A stretch of DNA of 64,000 nt from Nitrospirota bacterium (GCA_963701855.1 CAVPBK010000006.1:1440001-1504000); one strand, 5' to 3'. Positions 40,840 through 50,306 are shown, numbered from the stretch's first letter. Notes: generated from the sequence alone by a model not told the origin. Numbers and translations are program-made.

Positions 40840-41598
40840 ATGAGAGGATACGCAATGGCTGCGTCCGTGGGTCTATTGATGATGGGACTACTGGCTATGC
40901 CGAATCTGTCTCCGGCGACAGACGGATCATCGAACCGAGATGGGAATGCGCGGCACAGTTTGTTGAAAGCGGATCTACGGTCAAAAATCGAACATATTCG
41001 TGACAAGATCGAGGACCGCCGTGAGCATGACCATAATAATAACCAGGGAGGGAGCTCTGGTTCCCTTACGGCTTTGCAGGCCGAGGTCACCAATCTGAAG
41101 AGCGCCTTGGCCACCGCAAATGCTCAACTCGTGGGGCTCACGGGCCGTCTCAGCGCCCTTGAGCAGAAGGGAGCGAGCGGAGGCACTGTCGACCCTGTGC
41201 TTGTTGATCTGGCCAAATACGTAAAAGTTGTGACGAGTGATATGAACGGAGTGAAAGGACCGCACGTGGTATTCCATCACGCGAACGTCCACGTCCAGAG
41301 TGGGTCGGGCACTACCGCTGAGGCAAGCGCATTAACAGGCCTGGGGAACTTGATCGTGGGATACAACGAAACGCCTACCTTACAGGGTTGGTCACGCGCT
41401 GGATCCCACAACTTCATAGTGGGACCATCTCACTCATTTTCCTCGGCGGGAGGAGCTGTCTTAGGGACAAATAACTTGATTTCAGGCCAGTACGCAACGG
41501 TCCTCGGAGGGAACCAGAACCGCGCTCAAGGTCCAACGTCAAGTATTCTCGGGGGCTACGGGCTTGTGGTTAACGGCACGGAAGAAACATACCCATAA
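40840..41598 (+). CDS. Exported coiled-coil protein with Gly/Asn-rich beta-repeat C-terminus
   Basis: Signal-like N-terminus, heptad segment LQAEVTNLKSALATANAQL, repeats GSHNFIVG/VLGTNN/VLGGNQN/ILGG. Confidence 0.65.
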   Translation: MRGYAMAASVGLLMMGLLAMPNLSPATDGSSNRDGNARHSLLKADLRSKIEHIRDKIEDRREHDHNNNQGGSSGSLTALQAEVTNLKSALATANAQLVGLTGRLSALEQKGASGGTVDPVLVDLAKYVKVVTSDMNGVKGPHVVFHHANVHVQSGSGTTAEASALTGLGNLIVGYNETPTLQGWSRAGSHNFIVGPSHSFSSAGGAVLGTNNLISGQYATVLGGNQNRAQGPTSSILGGYGLVVNGTEETYP

Positions 41599-41743
41599 TA
41601 CCCATAACGGTTGCATGGCCTGCTCGGCCCTACTGTGCCGAGCAGGCTTCTTGTTCATCAATCGATAATCAAACCGCTCTCACTCCTTCGGTTTATTTCA
41701 ATGCGTACAATGGTCCATGGTTGGTTCTATTTATTCCACTTAG

Positions 41744-42016
41744 GCGTCCATTGTCGCCTACGGCCTAGTCACCTGCGAGCCCTCAAAAACTTACGACCCG
41801 ATCCTGGAAGAGACCGCCGCCAAGTTTCTCGATGTGAAAGTCGGCAAGGCTAAGGTTCACGTCCCAGCGCGCTGCCGCGAGATGAAGAAAAGCCACACCT
41901 TCGAGACCGACCCCACGACGCATTTCTTTGCGAATGGCAAGCTGCTCCTCACCCGCGAGGGCGTCGTTGAGCCGGCTGAACTTGCCGCGCCGATTTCGAA
42001 TCATATGCTGAAATAG
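41744..42016 (+). pseudogene. Degenerate duplicate of the 3' ~270 bp of the thioredoxin gene
   Basis: Direct repeat of 40106-40378; no 5' end; 1-bp deletion at the second Cys codon (CCCTGCAAG to CCCTCAAA). Confidence 0.88.
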
Positions 42017-42025
42017 AAAAAATGA

Positions 42026-42125
42026 TTGGGAGGACACCCACGTCGGTCCTGTGCTCCCGGAACGCGCGCCCTGAGAAGGGCCTCGTTCGACGGCCGCACG
42101 TAGACCAACATGGGTATCCTCCCAA
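42026..42125. repeat. REP-like long hairpin related to family A cargo
   Basis: TTGGGAGGACACCCACGTCGGTC / GACCAACATGGGTATCCTCCCAA arms (20/23) enclosing an AACGCGCG...GAGAAGGGCCTCG variant. Confidence 0.6.
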
Positions 42126-42292
42126 AAGAGGGAAAGCGAGCGAGCTTGGAGGGAGCATGTGTATCGTTCAAGGTGCCGACTGCAAGGCGCAACAAGATAT
42201 TCGCTAGCAATGGAAGAAATGAATCTTCACGCTGGGCGAGGGGGCGAGGGACGACAGCAAACGGCTTAGCGGAACGGCGCAGAGACAGGATG

Positions 42293-42769
42293 CTATTTCA
42301 TCGGTCGCGTCTTGGAGCAATGCTCATGCTGAATCAGCCAGGTTGAGCCTTCCTTGCGCAGGAGTGTAGTGCATTGCCCGGAGTCCTGCCCTTCGAGTTC
42401 GCCTTTCCTGATCGCTTGAAACACATAGTCGTAGGTCGCCCAAGCCGTTGAGCCAGGCACCCGAACGCGCAAGTTCGATACGACGCTGATAAAGCGCAGG
42501 GTGCTTCCCTTGTTGAGTTCGGATTCATAGTCAGACAGCCACTTCTCAATGGAATCACGGGTTTCCGTCTCGCCATCCTGAATACCGACATAGTCCTTGG
42601 TGTACAGCTTCAACGCGGCTTGTTTGTCTTTCGTTTCGGAGAAGGTCGCGGCTGCCATGGCAGCTTCCTTGATGGTCTTCTCGATCGCCTCATTTTCCTC
42701 GGCAGACCAGGCGACCGAGGTCCACGAAAGGCCCGCCATCAGCAGTAAATAGACCAGCCGTATGCTCAT
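42293..42769 (-). CDS. Exported NTF2/SnoaL-like (DUF4440-type) protein
   Basis: Signal peptide (AWS-A), LYTKDYV, G.TAWATY, LRKEGSTWLIQHEH.S. Confidence 0.8.
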   Translation of the reverse strand: MSIRLVYLLLMAGLSWTSVAWSAEENEAIEKTIKEAAMAAATFSETKDKQAALKLYTKDYVGIQDGETETRDSIEKWLSDYESELNKGSTLRFISVVSNLRVRVPGSTAWATYDYVFQAIRKGELEGQDSGQCTTLLRKEGSTWLIQHEHCSKTRPMK

Positions 42770-42780
42770 AGCACACCCGG

Positions 42781-43044
42781 CAGGCTGCGAAAAAAAATAT
42801 TGTGGCACCGCAGATTTTCGATTACCTTCACATCTTGGGATCGAGGAGAAGGCCTCCCCCACAGGATGCTCAAAAAGGCCAGCCTTCTCACCCGCCCAGC
42901 CCTGGCGCGCCAAGACGCGCCTTCTCCCAAGCAAGGCCGCAACGAAAGGGTAGGCTGAGGTCAAGGTTGAGCAAAGATCAGACTCTCTTTATCTCAACCT
43001 TAGCCTCAACCTTCTTCGTACTGGCGGACTTTTTCAGCATCCTG
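42781..43044. mobile_element. MITE-like repeat (family A, hexamer-hairpin cargo)
   Basis: CAGGCTGCGAAAAAA, inner CAGGATGCTCAAAAAGG, AGCAAGGCCGCA, end GGCGGACTTTTTCAGCATCCTG|TTAG. Confidence 0.8.
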
Positions 43045-43053
43045 TTAGATGCG

Positions 43054-43806
43054 TCAGCCTGCGTACTCAAAGGACAGGTCCCGAGACTGAACGAGACGAA
43101 CATTCGATAATCTTCCAGGTGAGAGAGAGGAGACCAGTTGTGCCCAGATGTGTTTGACCAGCTGCTCGCCGGTCACGGGCTGAGTCCCGAAGGATTGACG
43201 AAGCTCATGATGGCCGAACGTCTTCACCACCTTATCCTGTACCAAGCGATCCAGCGCGCCGATATCCGTCACCATTCCGGTTACTGGATCTATCGTGCCA
43301 TGGACCGTCACGAAGCAGTCCCACTCGCGGCCTTGATGGCCATCCTGCAGGGCCGTGAACGAGTAGCGTCGCGTGACGCTGGCGACGTCGAGCCCGGCCG
43401 CCGCCGTCACTTCGGCATACAGGTCTTCATCCTCATACAGCCGAATCGCGTGGAGCGTACCGATATTTTTCTGCGCGTCCAACTTGCTCCAGAGGACACA
43501 TGCCAGGTTTTCCGACGTGGGAATCCGGTCCTCGAAATAGGGCATATCCAGGTTCAAATTCTTATGGTCGAACTCTTCGAGCACATTGAGCAAGATGCGC
43601 TTCAAATCGAAGAGATTCACGACCATGCCGGTCTTCTGGTCCACCTCGCCTAAGACCGTCACCTCGACCATGTAGTTATGCCCATGCGCCGGGGGATTGT
43701 AGCAGCGGCCGAACACTGCACGGTTCTTGGCCTCATCCCATTCTGCCTTGAGATAGCGATGCGCAGCCGCAAACTCGATTCGTTTCGTCAGCAAGACTTT
43801 CGACAT
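43054..43806 (-). CDS. 6-pyruvoyl-tetrahydropterin synthase family protein, tandem domains
   Basis: FAAAHR, CYNPPAHGHNY, GMVVNL, FDHKNLN, PTSENLA; second degenerate domain with DPVTGMVTD. Confidence 0.85.
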   Translation of the reverse strand: MSKVLLTKRIEFAAAHRYLKAEWDEAKNRAVFGRCYNPPAHGHNYMVEVTVLGEVDQKTGMVVNLFDLKRILLNVLEEFDHKNLNLDMPYFEDRIPTSENLACVLWSKLDAQKNIGTLHAIRLYEDEDLYAEVTAAAGLDVASVTRRYSFTALQDGHQGREWDCFVTVHGTIDPVTGMVTDIGALDRLVQDKVVKTFGHHELRQSFGTQPVTGEQLVKHIWAQLVSSLSPGRLSNVRLVQSRDLSFEYAG

Positions 43807-43835
43807 CAGCTGATTCTCACTTCTAACACTCAGCA

Positions 43836-44417
43836 CTATTGTAAGTCAGAGAGCCACTCTTCGCGCATGCTCCCTGGAACAGGCGTCTCGGCATGGTACT
43901 CACGATGGCGCACTGTCAGCGTGACCGGCACATGCAAGTCGGCGAATGCGGCCGTCATCGACGCGGTCGGCCTGAATCGGACGAAATGCACCGCGCTGAT
44001 TTTTGTTTCATGACTATGGCCGCCTTCAAACTGCCCGAATATCTGTTGACTTCCGGCTCGAATCGCAAGGGTTTCGCCGTGATCGAGCCCCATGAACACA
44101 TCGAGCCACTCTTTCATCCGATCCTGCTCCGTAATCTCAATCAGCAATGTAGCGCTCAACTCACCGGAATCCGGCATGAGGGCATTATAGACGTCCAATT
44201 CATCCTGAACTTTGTGTGGATCGAGAATGTGCTCAACCCGGATCATTTCCTGAGTTTGAAACCGTAAGGTTTCACGGTTTTCGAAGATGAGCGTGATGAG
44301 CGGCCCGACGGAAATCCGTCGCCGCTGCTTGAGTGCGATGATGTGCGAGCGGAATTGCTCCCGCTGGCGTTCATAGTCAGCCGTGGGCAACAGATCAATC
44401 TGTGTCAGTTGTTTCAT
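43836..44417 (-). CDS. DUF3501 family protein
   Basis: K..RRISVGP...FEN..T...Q.QEM.R.E, YN.L.P...ELSATL.IE, KISAVHFVRF. Confidence 0.85.
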   Translation of the reverse strand: MKQLTQIDLLPTADYERQREQFRSHIIALKQRRRISVGPLITLIFENRETLRFQTQEMIRVEHILDPHKVQDELDVYNALMPDSGELSATLLIEITEQDRMKEWLDVFMGLDHGETLAIRAGSQQIFGQFEGGHSHETKISAVHFVRFRPTASMTAAFADLHVPVTLTVRHREYHAETPVPGSMREEWLSDLQ

Positions 44418-44432
44418 CGTTTTTCTCGCGCG

Positions 44433-45746
44433 TCACGAATGACGCTTCATGAATGACGGACCGGTTGAGGGCAACCCATAGGCATCGCGCACAATTTGAA
44501 TCGGGTGCTGCGTCGGCCTGCCGCCGGCATGGGCCATAGCGCCGGCCTGATCCAGCTGCAATCCCGCCAGTGGGCAATCGGACGCCACGAGATCGGCCGG
44601 ATCCTGTTCAATCACTCGAACGGCCTTCTGCGCGATCAGCATCGAAAGGGGAAAGAACTCTGTCTTGGCGGACCACGAACCGTCGTGCCCGGAGCATTTC
44701 TCAATCACCTCGACCTGCGCGCCGGCGCACTCCATGAGTTCCTTGGATTTGAATCCGATGTTCTGATCCCGCAAATGGCAGGGCACCTGGTAGGCGACTC
44801 GCCCAGGATTTTGTCGAAAGTCTGTGGCCAGTGTACCCTCCCGCTTTAACTTCATGAGATATTCACAGACATCGAACGTCCGTTCTGCCACGCGCCTCAC
44901 CTCATCGCCCCCGATAATCTCAGGATATTCCCGCTTCCACATCAAGCTGCAACTGGGCACGGGTACGACAATTTCGTAGCCTTTCTCCACCCAGGGCAAA
45001 AACGAGGCGACATTCGCCGAGGCGGCCTGCTGAATCGCCGTGGTATTGCCGATGTCGAACGAGGGCATGCCGCAACAGCGCTGTTCGGGAATCACGACAT
45101 GCACACCGTTCTTTTCAAGGACTTGTATCGTCGCTTTGCCGATATCCGTCGCTTGATAATCGACCAGGCAGCTTCCAAAGAGTGCGACCTTCCGCGGTGC
45201 GGAGGTAGGAACTTGTGACTTCCCTCGACGCACCCACCAATGGATAAACGTCTCCGGAGAAAATCGCAAGACCTGCCGATCCCGATGTACGCCGACCCAC
45301 GATTCTATCAGTCCGCGAAGAAACCGGAGGCCCAAAGTCCAATTGGCAAGAGACGCCATCAGACTCCCGAGGGGACCGATGATATCCGTCTTGATCAACA
45401 ACCGATCGCGCCAACTCACCCCCCGCGTTGCGGCAAGATGCTTTTTCCACGCGATCATCAAGCGGGGGAAATCGAGAGCATACTGATGCGGTGGTGTATA
45501 GGGACAGTGGTTGAAACAAAGTTTACAGTAATAGCATTCATCGACGATCCGATGATGGTCAGTCGGTGTGAGTTTCGCGACGTCTCCTTCGTACCGATCA
45601 ATGCCGTCAAGCAGCGTGTTGAACGACGGACACAGATTGAAACAGCGTCTGCAGCCATCGCAGACTTCATAGATGCGCTGCGTGTTTTTCTGGAGCTGCG
45701 CGGGGTCGATGGGATTGATCAGGCTCAGACCATTCACAGTGCCCAT
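44433..45746 (-). CDS. Fe-S oxidoreductase (GlpC/HdrD-like, rubrerythrin-associated)
   Basis: CDGCRRCFNLCPSF, CYYCKLCFNHCPY, CCGMP, PCH, CSGHDG, SDCPLA. Confidence 0.88.
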   Translation of the reverse strand: MGTVNGLSLINPIDPAQLQKNTQRIYEVCDGCRRCFNLCPSFNTLLDGIDRYEGDVAKLTPTDHHRIVDECYYCKLCFNHCPYTPPHQYALDFPRLMIAWKKHLAATRGVSWRDRLLIKTDIIGPLGSLMASLANWTLGLRFLRGLIESWVGVHRDRQVLRFSPETFIHWWVRRGKSQVPTSAPRKVALFGSCLVDYQATDIGKATIQVLEKNGVHVVIPEQRCCGMPSFDIGNTTAIQQAASANVASFLPWVEKGYEIVVPVPSCSLMWKREYPEIIGGDEVRRVAERTFDVCEYLMKLKREGTLATDFRQNPGRVAYQVPCHLRDQNIGFKSKELMECAGAQVEVIEKCSGHDGSWSAKTEFFPLSMLIAQKAVRVIEQDPADLVASDCPLAGLQLDQAGAMAHAGGRPTQHPIQIVRDAYGLPSTGPSFMKRHS

Positions 45747-45843
45747 TGTCTCCTGTGAGGTCCCGTGAATACAAGATCGGAACGCACAAAGGGTGAGCTG
45801 GAGCACCCCAGCTCACCCTCGTGATGTCAGACAGAGAACAGAG

Positions 45844-46272
45844 CTAGGGCTGCTTCAGGCTGTCGAGCCCCTTCGTGAAGCGATTCGCATGGGACCGCTC
45901 GGCCTTCGCGAGTGTCTCGAACCATTCGGCAAGTTCAGGAAATCCCTCGTCCCTGGCTGTTTTGGACATGCCAGGGTACATCTGCGTGTATTCGTAGGTT
46001 TCGCCTTCGACCGCCGACTTCAGATTGGCTTCGGTATTGCCGATCGGCACCCCGGTCGCCGGATCCCCGACTTCCTTCAAGAAATCCAGGTGCCCGAACG
46101 CGTGGCCAGTTTCTGCCTCGGACGTATCGCGGAACAAGCCTCCGATATCGGGGAAACCCTCAATGTCCGCTCGTCGGGCGAAATAGAGATAGCGCCGATT
46201 GGCTTGGGACTCACCGGCAAATGCACCCTTGAGATTGTCGTGGCTCTTGGTCCCTTTTAAACTCTTCCCCAT
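45844..46272 (-). CDS. Rubrerythrin lacking a rubredoxin domain
   Basis: [46 protein letters not shown]. Confidence 0.93.
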   Translation of the reverse strand: MGKSLKGTKSHDNLKGAFAGESQANRRYLYFARRADIEGFPDIGGLFRDTSEAETGHAFGHLDFLKEVGDPATGVPIGNTEANLKSAVEGETYEYTQMYPGMSKTARDEGFPELAEWFETLAKAERSHANRFTKGLDSLKQP

Positions 46273-46378
46273 CGTATCCTCCTTATGCTTAGAAAGCGTA
46301 CCGTCACTCTGCCCGGGATCTTATCACTATGCCCTCGGTGAATAACATAGCGGTCATCGTGGAATCAATGGGGCCTCT

Positions 46379-46939
46379 TCATCCGGCCGATCGATACCGT
46401 GGTAACTCTGGCTCCATTTCGGCCAAAGACTTGTAGGTTTGGTCCTTCGCAGACAAGGTGGGTGTTGCAACCGGCCAAGGAATGGCGAGAGCCGGATCGT
46501 TCCAGACGATGCCCCGCTCGTTGCTCGGCGCATAATAGTCCGTGCACTTGTACAGAAACGAAGCGCGGTCGCTGATCACACAGAATCCATGCGCACAGCC
46601 TGGTGGCACATAGACTTGGAGGCGATTCTCGGCCGAGAGCTCTGCTCCATACCACCGACCAAAGCTCGGTGACCCCTTTCGGATATCCACTACGATATCG
46701 TAGACGGCTCCGTCCGTCACCATCACAATCTTCCCCTGGGCATGAGGTTCTTGATAGTGGAGCCCACGCAATGTGCCACGCAGAGACTGTGAAAGATTAT
46801 CCTGAACAAAGGGACCGGGAATGCCTGCGTCCGCATACCGGCGTGCATGGTACGTCTCAAGAAAGAGCCCCCGTGGGTCGCGGAAGACATTCGGTTCAAT
46901 CAGTAATAGGTCTGGGATATCGGTGGTCGTGACCCGCAC
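46379..46939 (-). CDS. rfbC: dTDP-4-dehydrorhamnose 3,5-epimerase
   Basis: FVQDNLSQS, LRGLHYQ, VDIRKGSPSFG, AHGF, YKCTDYY, LSAKD. Confidence 0.95.
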   Translation of the reverse strand: MRVTTTDIPDLLLIEPNVFRDPRGLFLETYHARRYADAGIPGPFVQDNLSQSLRGTLRGLHYQEPHAQGKIVMVTDGAVYDIVVDIRKGSPSFGRWYGAELSAENRLQVYVPPGCAHGFCVISDRASFLYKCTDYYAPSNERGIVWNDPALAIPWPVATPTLSAKDQTYKSLAEMEPELPRYRSAG

Positions 46940-46989
46940 GATGCTCCTCTCCGTCCGCTCGTCTGTCTCTCATGCGCGGGACAGGCAAG

Positions 46990-47114
46990 CAGGATGTTGC
47001 AACAGTCATCTGGCACAAAGAAGGTTGAGGCTCAGGCTAAGGTTGAGCCTCAGACGAAGAAAGTGAGATCTTCGCTCAACCTGAACCTCGACCTTAGCCT
47101 GTTTGCTCGCGCTG
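46990..47114. repeat. Degenerate family A element with hexamer hairpin
   Basis: CAGGATGTTGCAACAG...(AGGTTG/AGGCTC/AGGCTA)n...(CAACCT/GAACCT/CGACCT)n. Confidence 0.65.
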
Positions 47115-47522
47115 CTAACCCGGTGCCGGATTTTCCGGATCGACGATCTCAGGAGGATCGGGGTACAATTGCCCAAGTCGATCGATCAACGGCTTCGCGG
47201 CCGGTGTACTCTCGTGGGTCGGCTCACTCACCGGGTGGTCCCAGGTAAGGGTACGAATGCCTGCCTCCGCCAGTAACGAGCGGATCGTAGCCAGACAGGC
47301 TTCCAGCGTTAATTCTGTGCCCTCGCGAAGATCGAGCACGCGTTCCTTGGGATCAGTTGGTGGAGCCTCGGTATGGGTGAGTGCCCAACAGCGGTCGAAA
47401 ATAATGGTTCGAAGCTCCAACGGCACATTCAGTGACGTGAGATCAGCCGTACAGAGGGCTGATACGAACAGGACGAACTGTAAATCCGGCATCCCGGAAT
47501 TCTGGATATCCAAGGACGGCAT
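47115..47522 (-). CDS. Hypothetical protein
   Basis: 135-aa open frame filling the gap between repeats; no recognised motif. Confidence 0.55.
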   Translation of the reverse strand: MPSLDIQNSGMPDLQFVLFVSALCTADLTSLNVPLELRTIIFDRCWALTHTEAPPTDPKERVLDLREGTELTLEACLATIRSLLAEAGIRTLTWDHPVSEPTHESTPAAKPLIDRLGQLYPDPPEIVDPENPAPG

Positions 47523-47587
47523 GGCCGAGCATTATCGATGGCGACCGGCACGGAGTCAACGGGCGAAGGGCCCCAGCGGTAGAGAAA

Positions 47588-47660
47588 AGGTTCAGGTTAA
47601 GGCTAAGGGTGAGATGAGGAAAGTCAGATCCTTGCTCAACCTTAACCTTGACCTCAACCT
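47588..47660. repeat. Free-standing hexamer inverted-repeat hairpin
   Basis: AGGTTCAGGTTAAGGCTAAGG...CAACCTTAACCTTGACCTCAACCT. Confidence 0.7.
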
Positions 47661-47687
47661 GCTTCATTCAATGAGGAGTGTCCGACT

Positions 47688-47960
47688 ATGATTACCATTT
47701 CTTTGATGGGTCAGCTTCAAACTGCCGATGGCGAACGGGACCTCGCTTGTCATGTTCCGTCCCCCATGTCCGTCCGTCAGGTGATCCAGCGGCAGGGCAT
47801 TCAGTTGCGCCATCTTCTCCAGCTCATTCGCGAGAAGAAAGTGCTGGTGACCATCAATAAGAAGATTGCCAGTGAGGACTCACTGGTTCAGGACGGCGAC
47901 GCAATCAGGCTAGTGGGGCACGACGGCATGGGCGGAACGGGGTTAGGCCCCTCGATGTAA
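47688..47960 (+). CDS. MoaD/ThiS ubiquitin-like protein with an extension after GG
   Basis: VLVTINKK...LVQDGDAIRLV...MGG-TGLGPSM; GAGGAG RBS. Confidence 0.75.
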   Translation: MITISLMGQLQTADGERDLACHVPSPMSVRQVIQRQGIQLRHLLQLIREKKVLVTINKKIASEDSLVQDGDAIRLVGHDGMGGTGLGPSM

Positions 47961-47975
47961 CACAGCCACAAAAGT

Positions 47976-48011
47976 ACAGGGCCGGTTCCCCGAGCGGGGA
48001 ACCGGCCCTGT
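47976..48011. terminator. Perfect 16-bp hairpin between convergent genes
   Basis: ACAGGGCCGGTTCCCC-GAGC-GGGGAACCGGCCCTGT. Confidence 0.75.
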
Positions 48012-48068
48012 GATTCTTCATGCGGCCTAAACGGGGCCGGAGAAAGATATGTTGCGAACGATCTTCGC

Positions 48069-48356
48069 TTACTTCTTCCCGAGGATCGCATCCTTGGCGG
48101 CTTTGGCCACGCGGAACTTGACCACACGCTTGGCAGGGATCTTGATGGCCTCGCCAGTCTGTGGATTCCGTCCCATGCGGGCCTTGCGGTTCGCCAATAC
48201 GAGCTTCCCGATCCCTGGTATCACGAACACGTTCTTCGCTTCCTTGTAGGCCAAGGCGGCAAAGTCGTCCATGAGCTGGACGGACGCTTTCTTGGTCAAC
48301 CCGGTCTTCTGGGCCAGGTAATCGGCGATCTGCGACTTGGTCATTGATTTAGCCAT
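48069..48356 (-). CDS. hup: HU family DNA-binding protein
   Basis: MTKSQI, ARMGRNPQTGEAIKIPAK, KFRVAK; AGGAGG RBS. Confidence 0.93.
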   Translation of the reverse strand: MAKSMTKSQIADYLAQKTGLTKKASVQLMDDFAALAYKEAKNVFVIPGIGKLVLANRKARMGRNPQTGEAIKIPAKRVVKFRVAKAAKDAILGKK

Positions 48357-48651
48357 GCGAGCAACCTCCTTAAAAAAGAACAAAGATGGTGAATGGTGAA
48401 ATGTAGTAAACTCGCCCCTCGTGACTCCGCTCAGATTCAATGAATATTCATGAACGAATAGTCGTGTCGTTGGAAGCGGCGAAAACCTGCGGGAGTCTAT
48501 CCAAGCGCTCCGAGGCTGTCAACCAGAAAAACACAAGCCAGGCGTAGGAAAGCGCCTTTATCGCCTTCTTGCAGTTTCGAGACCAGCCAGCGTACAGTAC
48601 GGTCGTCCAGCGTATTTTTGAGTCACTAGTGCCATATCTCGAGTTGCTAGC

Positions 48652-49209
48652 ATGGCAAAAGAACTACCGATTCTGCCATCAACCGCCCAACCGACTGACG
48701 AGGAACAGGCCGAGCCGCACCAGTATTCTCGCGTGTTTTGTCAAAAGGAAAATTCCCCCCCGCTCCGTTTGCTCTTGGAGTTCCTCACCTCACGCGGTCA
48801 GACGCCTATCACTCCACCGAACATGGACGACAGCATGTTGGATGAATGGGCCTGGGTTCAGGTGACGCTCGGGTACGATCGCAATAGAAAGCCGATCCAA
48901 GTGGTCTGTGTCCGGGATCGAGGCACGTATCAGGACGTATTCGACAAAGAGAAGGAACAGTTTTTAGCCATCCTCGCTGCTCACGACGATGTCGAGGCGG
49001 GACTTGTGCGTGGGTTTGTGGAACGCGCGCGGTTTGTGCTCACGACCCGGTTCGCCCAGAATGATATGACCGACGAAGGCTATGACTTCAACGGATGGAT
49101 CCTGGAATTCTTCCAAGACCAATGCAGCGGAATCGTCCAGATTGATAACCAGGGCTTCTACTCACCCAAAGGCGATCTCATCGTCGACCTCTCCATCAAA
49201 GTAGAATGA
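48652..49209 (+). CDS. Hypothetical protein
   Basis: 185-aa frame, 6 bp from the next gene. Confidence 0.65.
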   Translation: MAKELPILPSTAQPTDEEQAEPHQYSRVFCQKENSPPLRLLLEFLTSRGQTPITPPNMDDSMLDEWAWVQVTLGYDRNRKPIQVVCVRDRGTYQDVFDKEKEQFLAILAAHDDVEAGLVRGFVERARFVLTTRFAQNDMTDEGYDFNGWILEFFQDQCSGIVQIDNQGFYSPKGDLIVDLSIKVE

Positions 49210-49215
49210 GCAACA

Positions 49216-49845
49216 GTGGCAGGCCCGACTCCACCCGATCCTCCTCCGCTGTATCAAAAAACCGATCACTGGTTCCAGCGGGCCACTGCCGCCCTGCTGG
49301 GTGAAGTTCCCTGCCGACTCGGCTGCACCAGCTGTTGTATCGGCCCCTTTCCCATCACCATCCTCGACGTCCAGACCCTCCAACAGGGACTCGCCGCTCT
49401 TCCGCCGGATCACCGCCATCGCATCGAACAGCGCGCCATCAAACAGACCGCCGCCATGGAGGCCTCGTTCCCACAACTGATTCACACCGACCTGCTCGAT
49501 AATTGGCCCGATCGGGAGATCGATCGACTGGTCACAGAATTTCACCACCATTCCTGTCCAGCGCTGGAAGCCGACGGGCGCTGCGGCATCTACCATCACC
49601 GACCGCTGGCCTGCCGATCGATGGGCATCCCGACAGAAGATCGCGGTCTGGCCCATGGCGCCTGCGAAGTCCAAACCTTCATCCCGATCCTGCGGCTCCC
49701 CTCCGCATTCAGAGAGGAAGAAGATCGCTTGGCGCAGGAGGAAGCGGCTTCACTAGCTGCGCTTCGTCGGGCCACCGGATCAACAGGAGAAGAAGTATTC
49801 CTGCCCTACGGGTTCTTGGCGAGCCGCATCAAGCAAGTAGGCTGA
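49216..49845 (+). CDS. YkgJ family CxxxCxxCC cysteine-cluster protein
   Basis: CRLGCTSCC, CPAL...CGIY..RPLACR. Confidence 0.85.
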   Translation: MAGPTPPDPPPLYQKTDHWFQRATAALLGEVPCRLGCTSCCIGPFPITILDVQTLQQGLAALPPDHRHRIEQRAIKQTAAMEASFPQLIHTDLLDNWPDREIDRLVTEFHHHSCPALEADGRCGIYHHRPLACRSMGIPTEDRGLAHGACEVQTFIPILRLPSAFREEEDRLAQEEAASLAALRRATGSTGEEVFLPYGFLASRIKQVG

Positions 49846-49945
49846 GGTCGAGGTCAAGGTTGAGCGAAGATCTGACGTTCTCATCTTAGCCTCAATTAGC
49901 CTGAACCTCAACCTTCTCCGCGCAGCGAACCTTTTCAGCATCCGG
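49839..49945. repeat. Family A half-element with hexamer hairpin
   Basis: AGGCTGAGGTCGAGGTCAAGGTTGAG...CTCAACCTT...CTTTTCAGCATCCGG; overlaps the YkgJ stop codon. Confidence 0.65.
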
Positions 49946-49997
49946 CCTAGACAGAGGTTAAAATCCTGTGCTAGTCTCAGCCCCCTTGGTTGCAGGA

Positions 49998-50074
49998 GCG
50001 CCTGTAGCTCAGCTGGATAGAGCATCAGCCTCCGGAGCTGAGGGCCACAGGTTCAAATCCTGTCAGGCGCACCA
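49998..50074 (+). tRNA. tRNA-Arg(CCG)
   Basis: GCGCCTG/CAGGCGC acceptor stem, TCAGC-CTCCGGA-GCTGA, GGTTCAAATCC, CCA. Confidence 0.95.
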
Positions 50075-50128
50075 AACACAGGCAAGGAACAGGGCCGCAC
50101 ACAGATATCCGCCACATACATACCCGGT

Positions 50129-50200
<72 letters not shown>

Positions 50201-50204
<4 letters not shown>

Positions 50205-50306
50205 AACCTCGCTTGCGCGTGCCGCCGCGTTCGATCACATCGCGGCGGATATCCAATACCACCAGTGATCTTCTTCCTCTATACCAAACCTCGCTTGCGC
50301 GTGCCG
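50201..50306 (+). repeat. 24-bp direct repeat starting at the tRNA-Lys ACCA end
   Basis: ACCAAACCTCGCTTGCGCGTGCCG at 50201-50224 and 50283-50306. Confidence 0.85.

Noticed and set aside
8252..43110. Recurrent short ORFs starting MLKK... or containing FFTARIERPPLYRGG
   Set aside because: They are translations of family A repeat copies in varying frames and strands, not genes.
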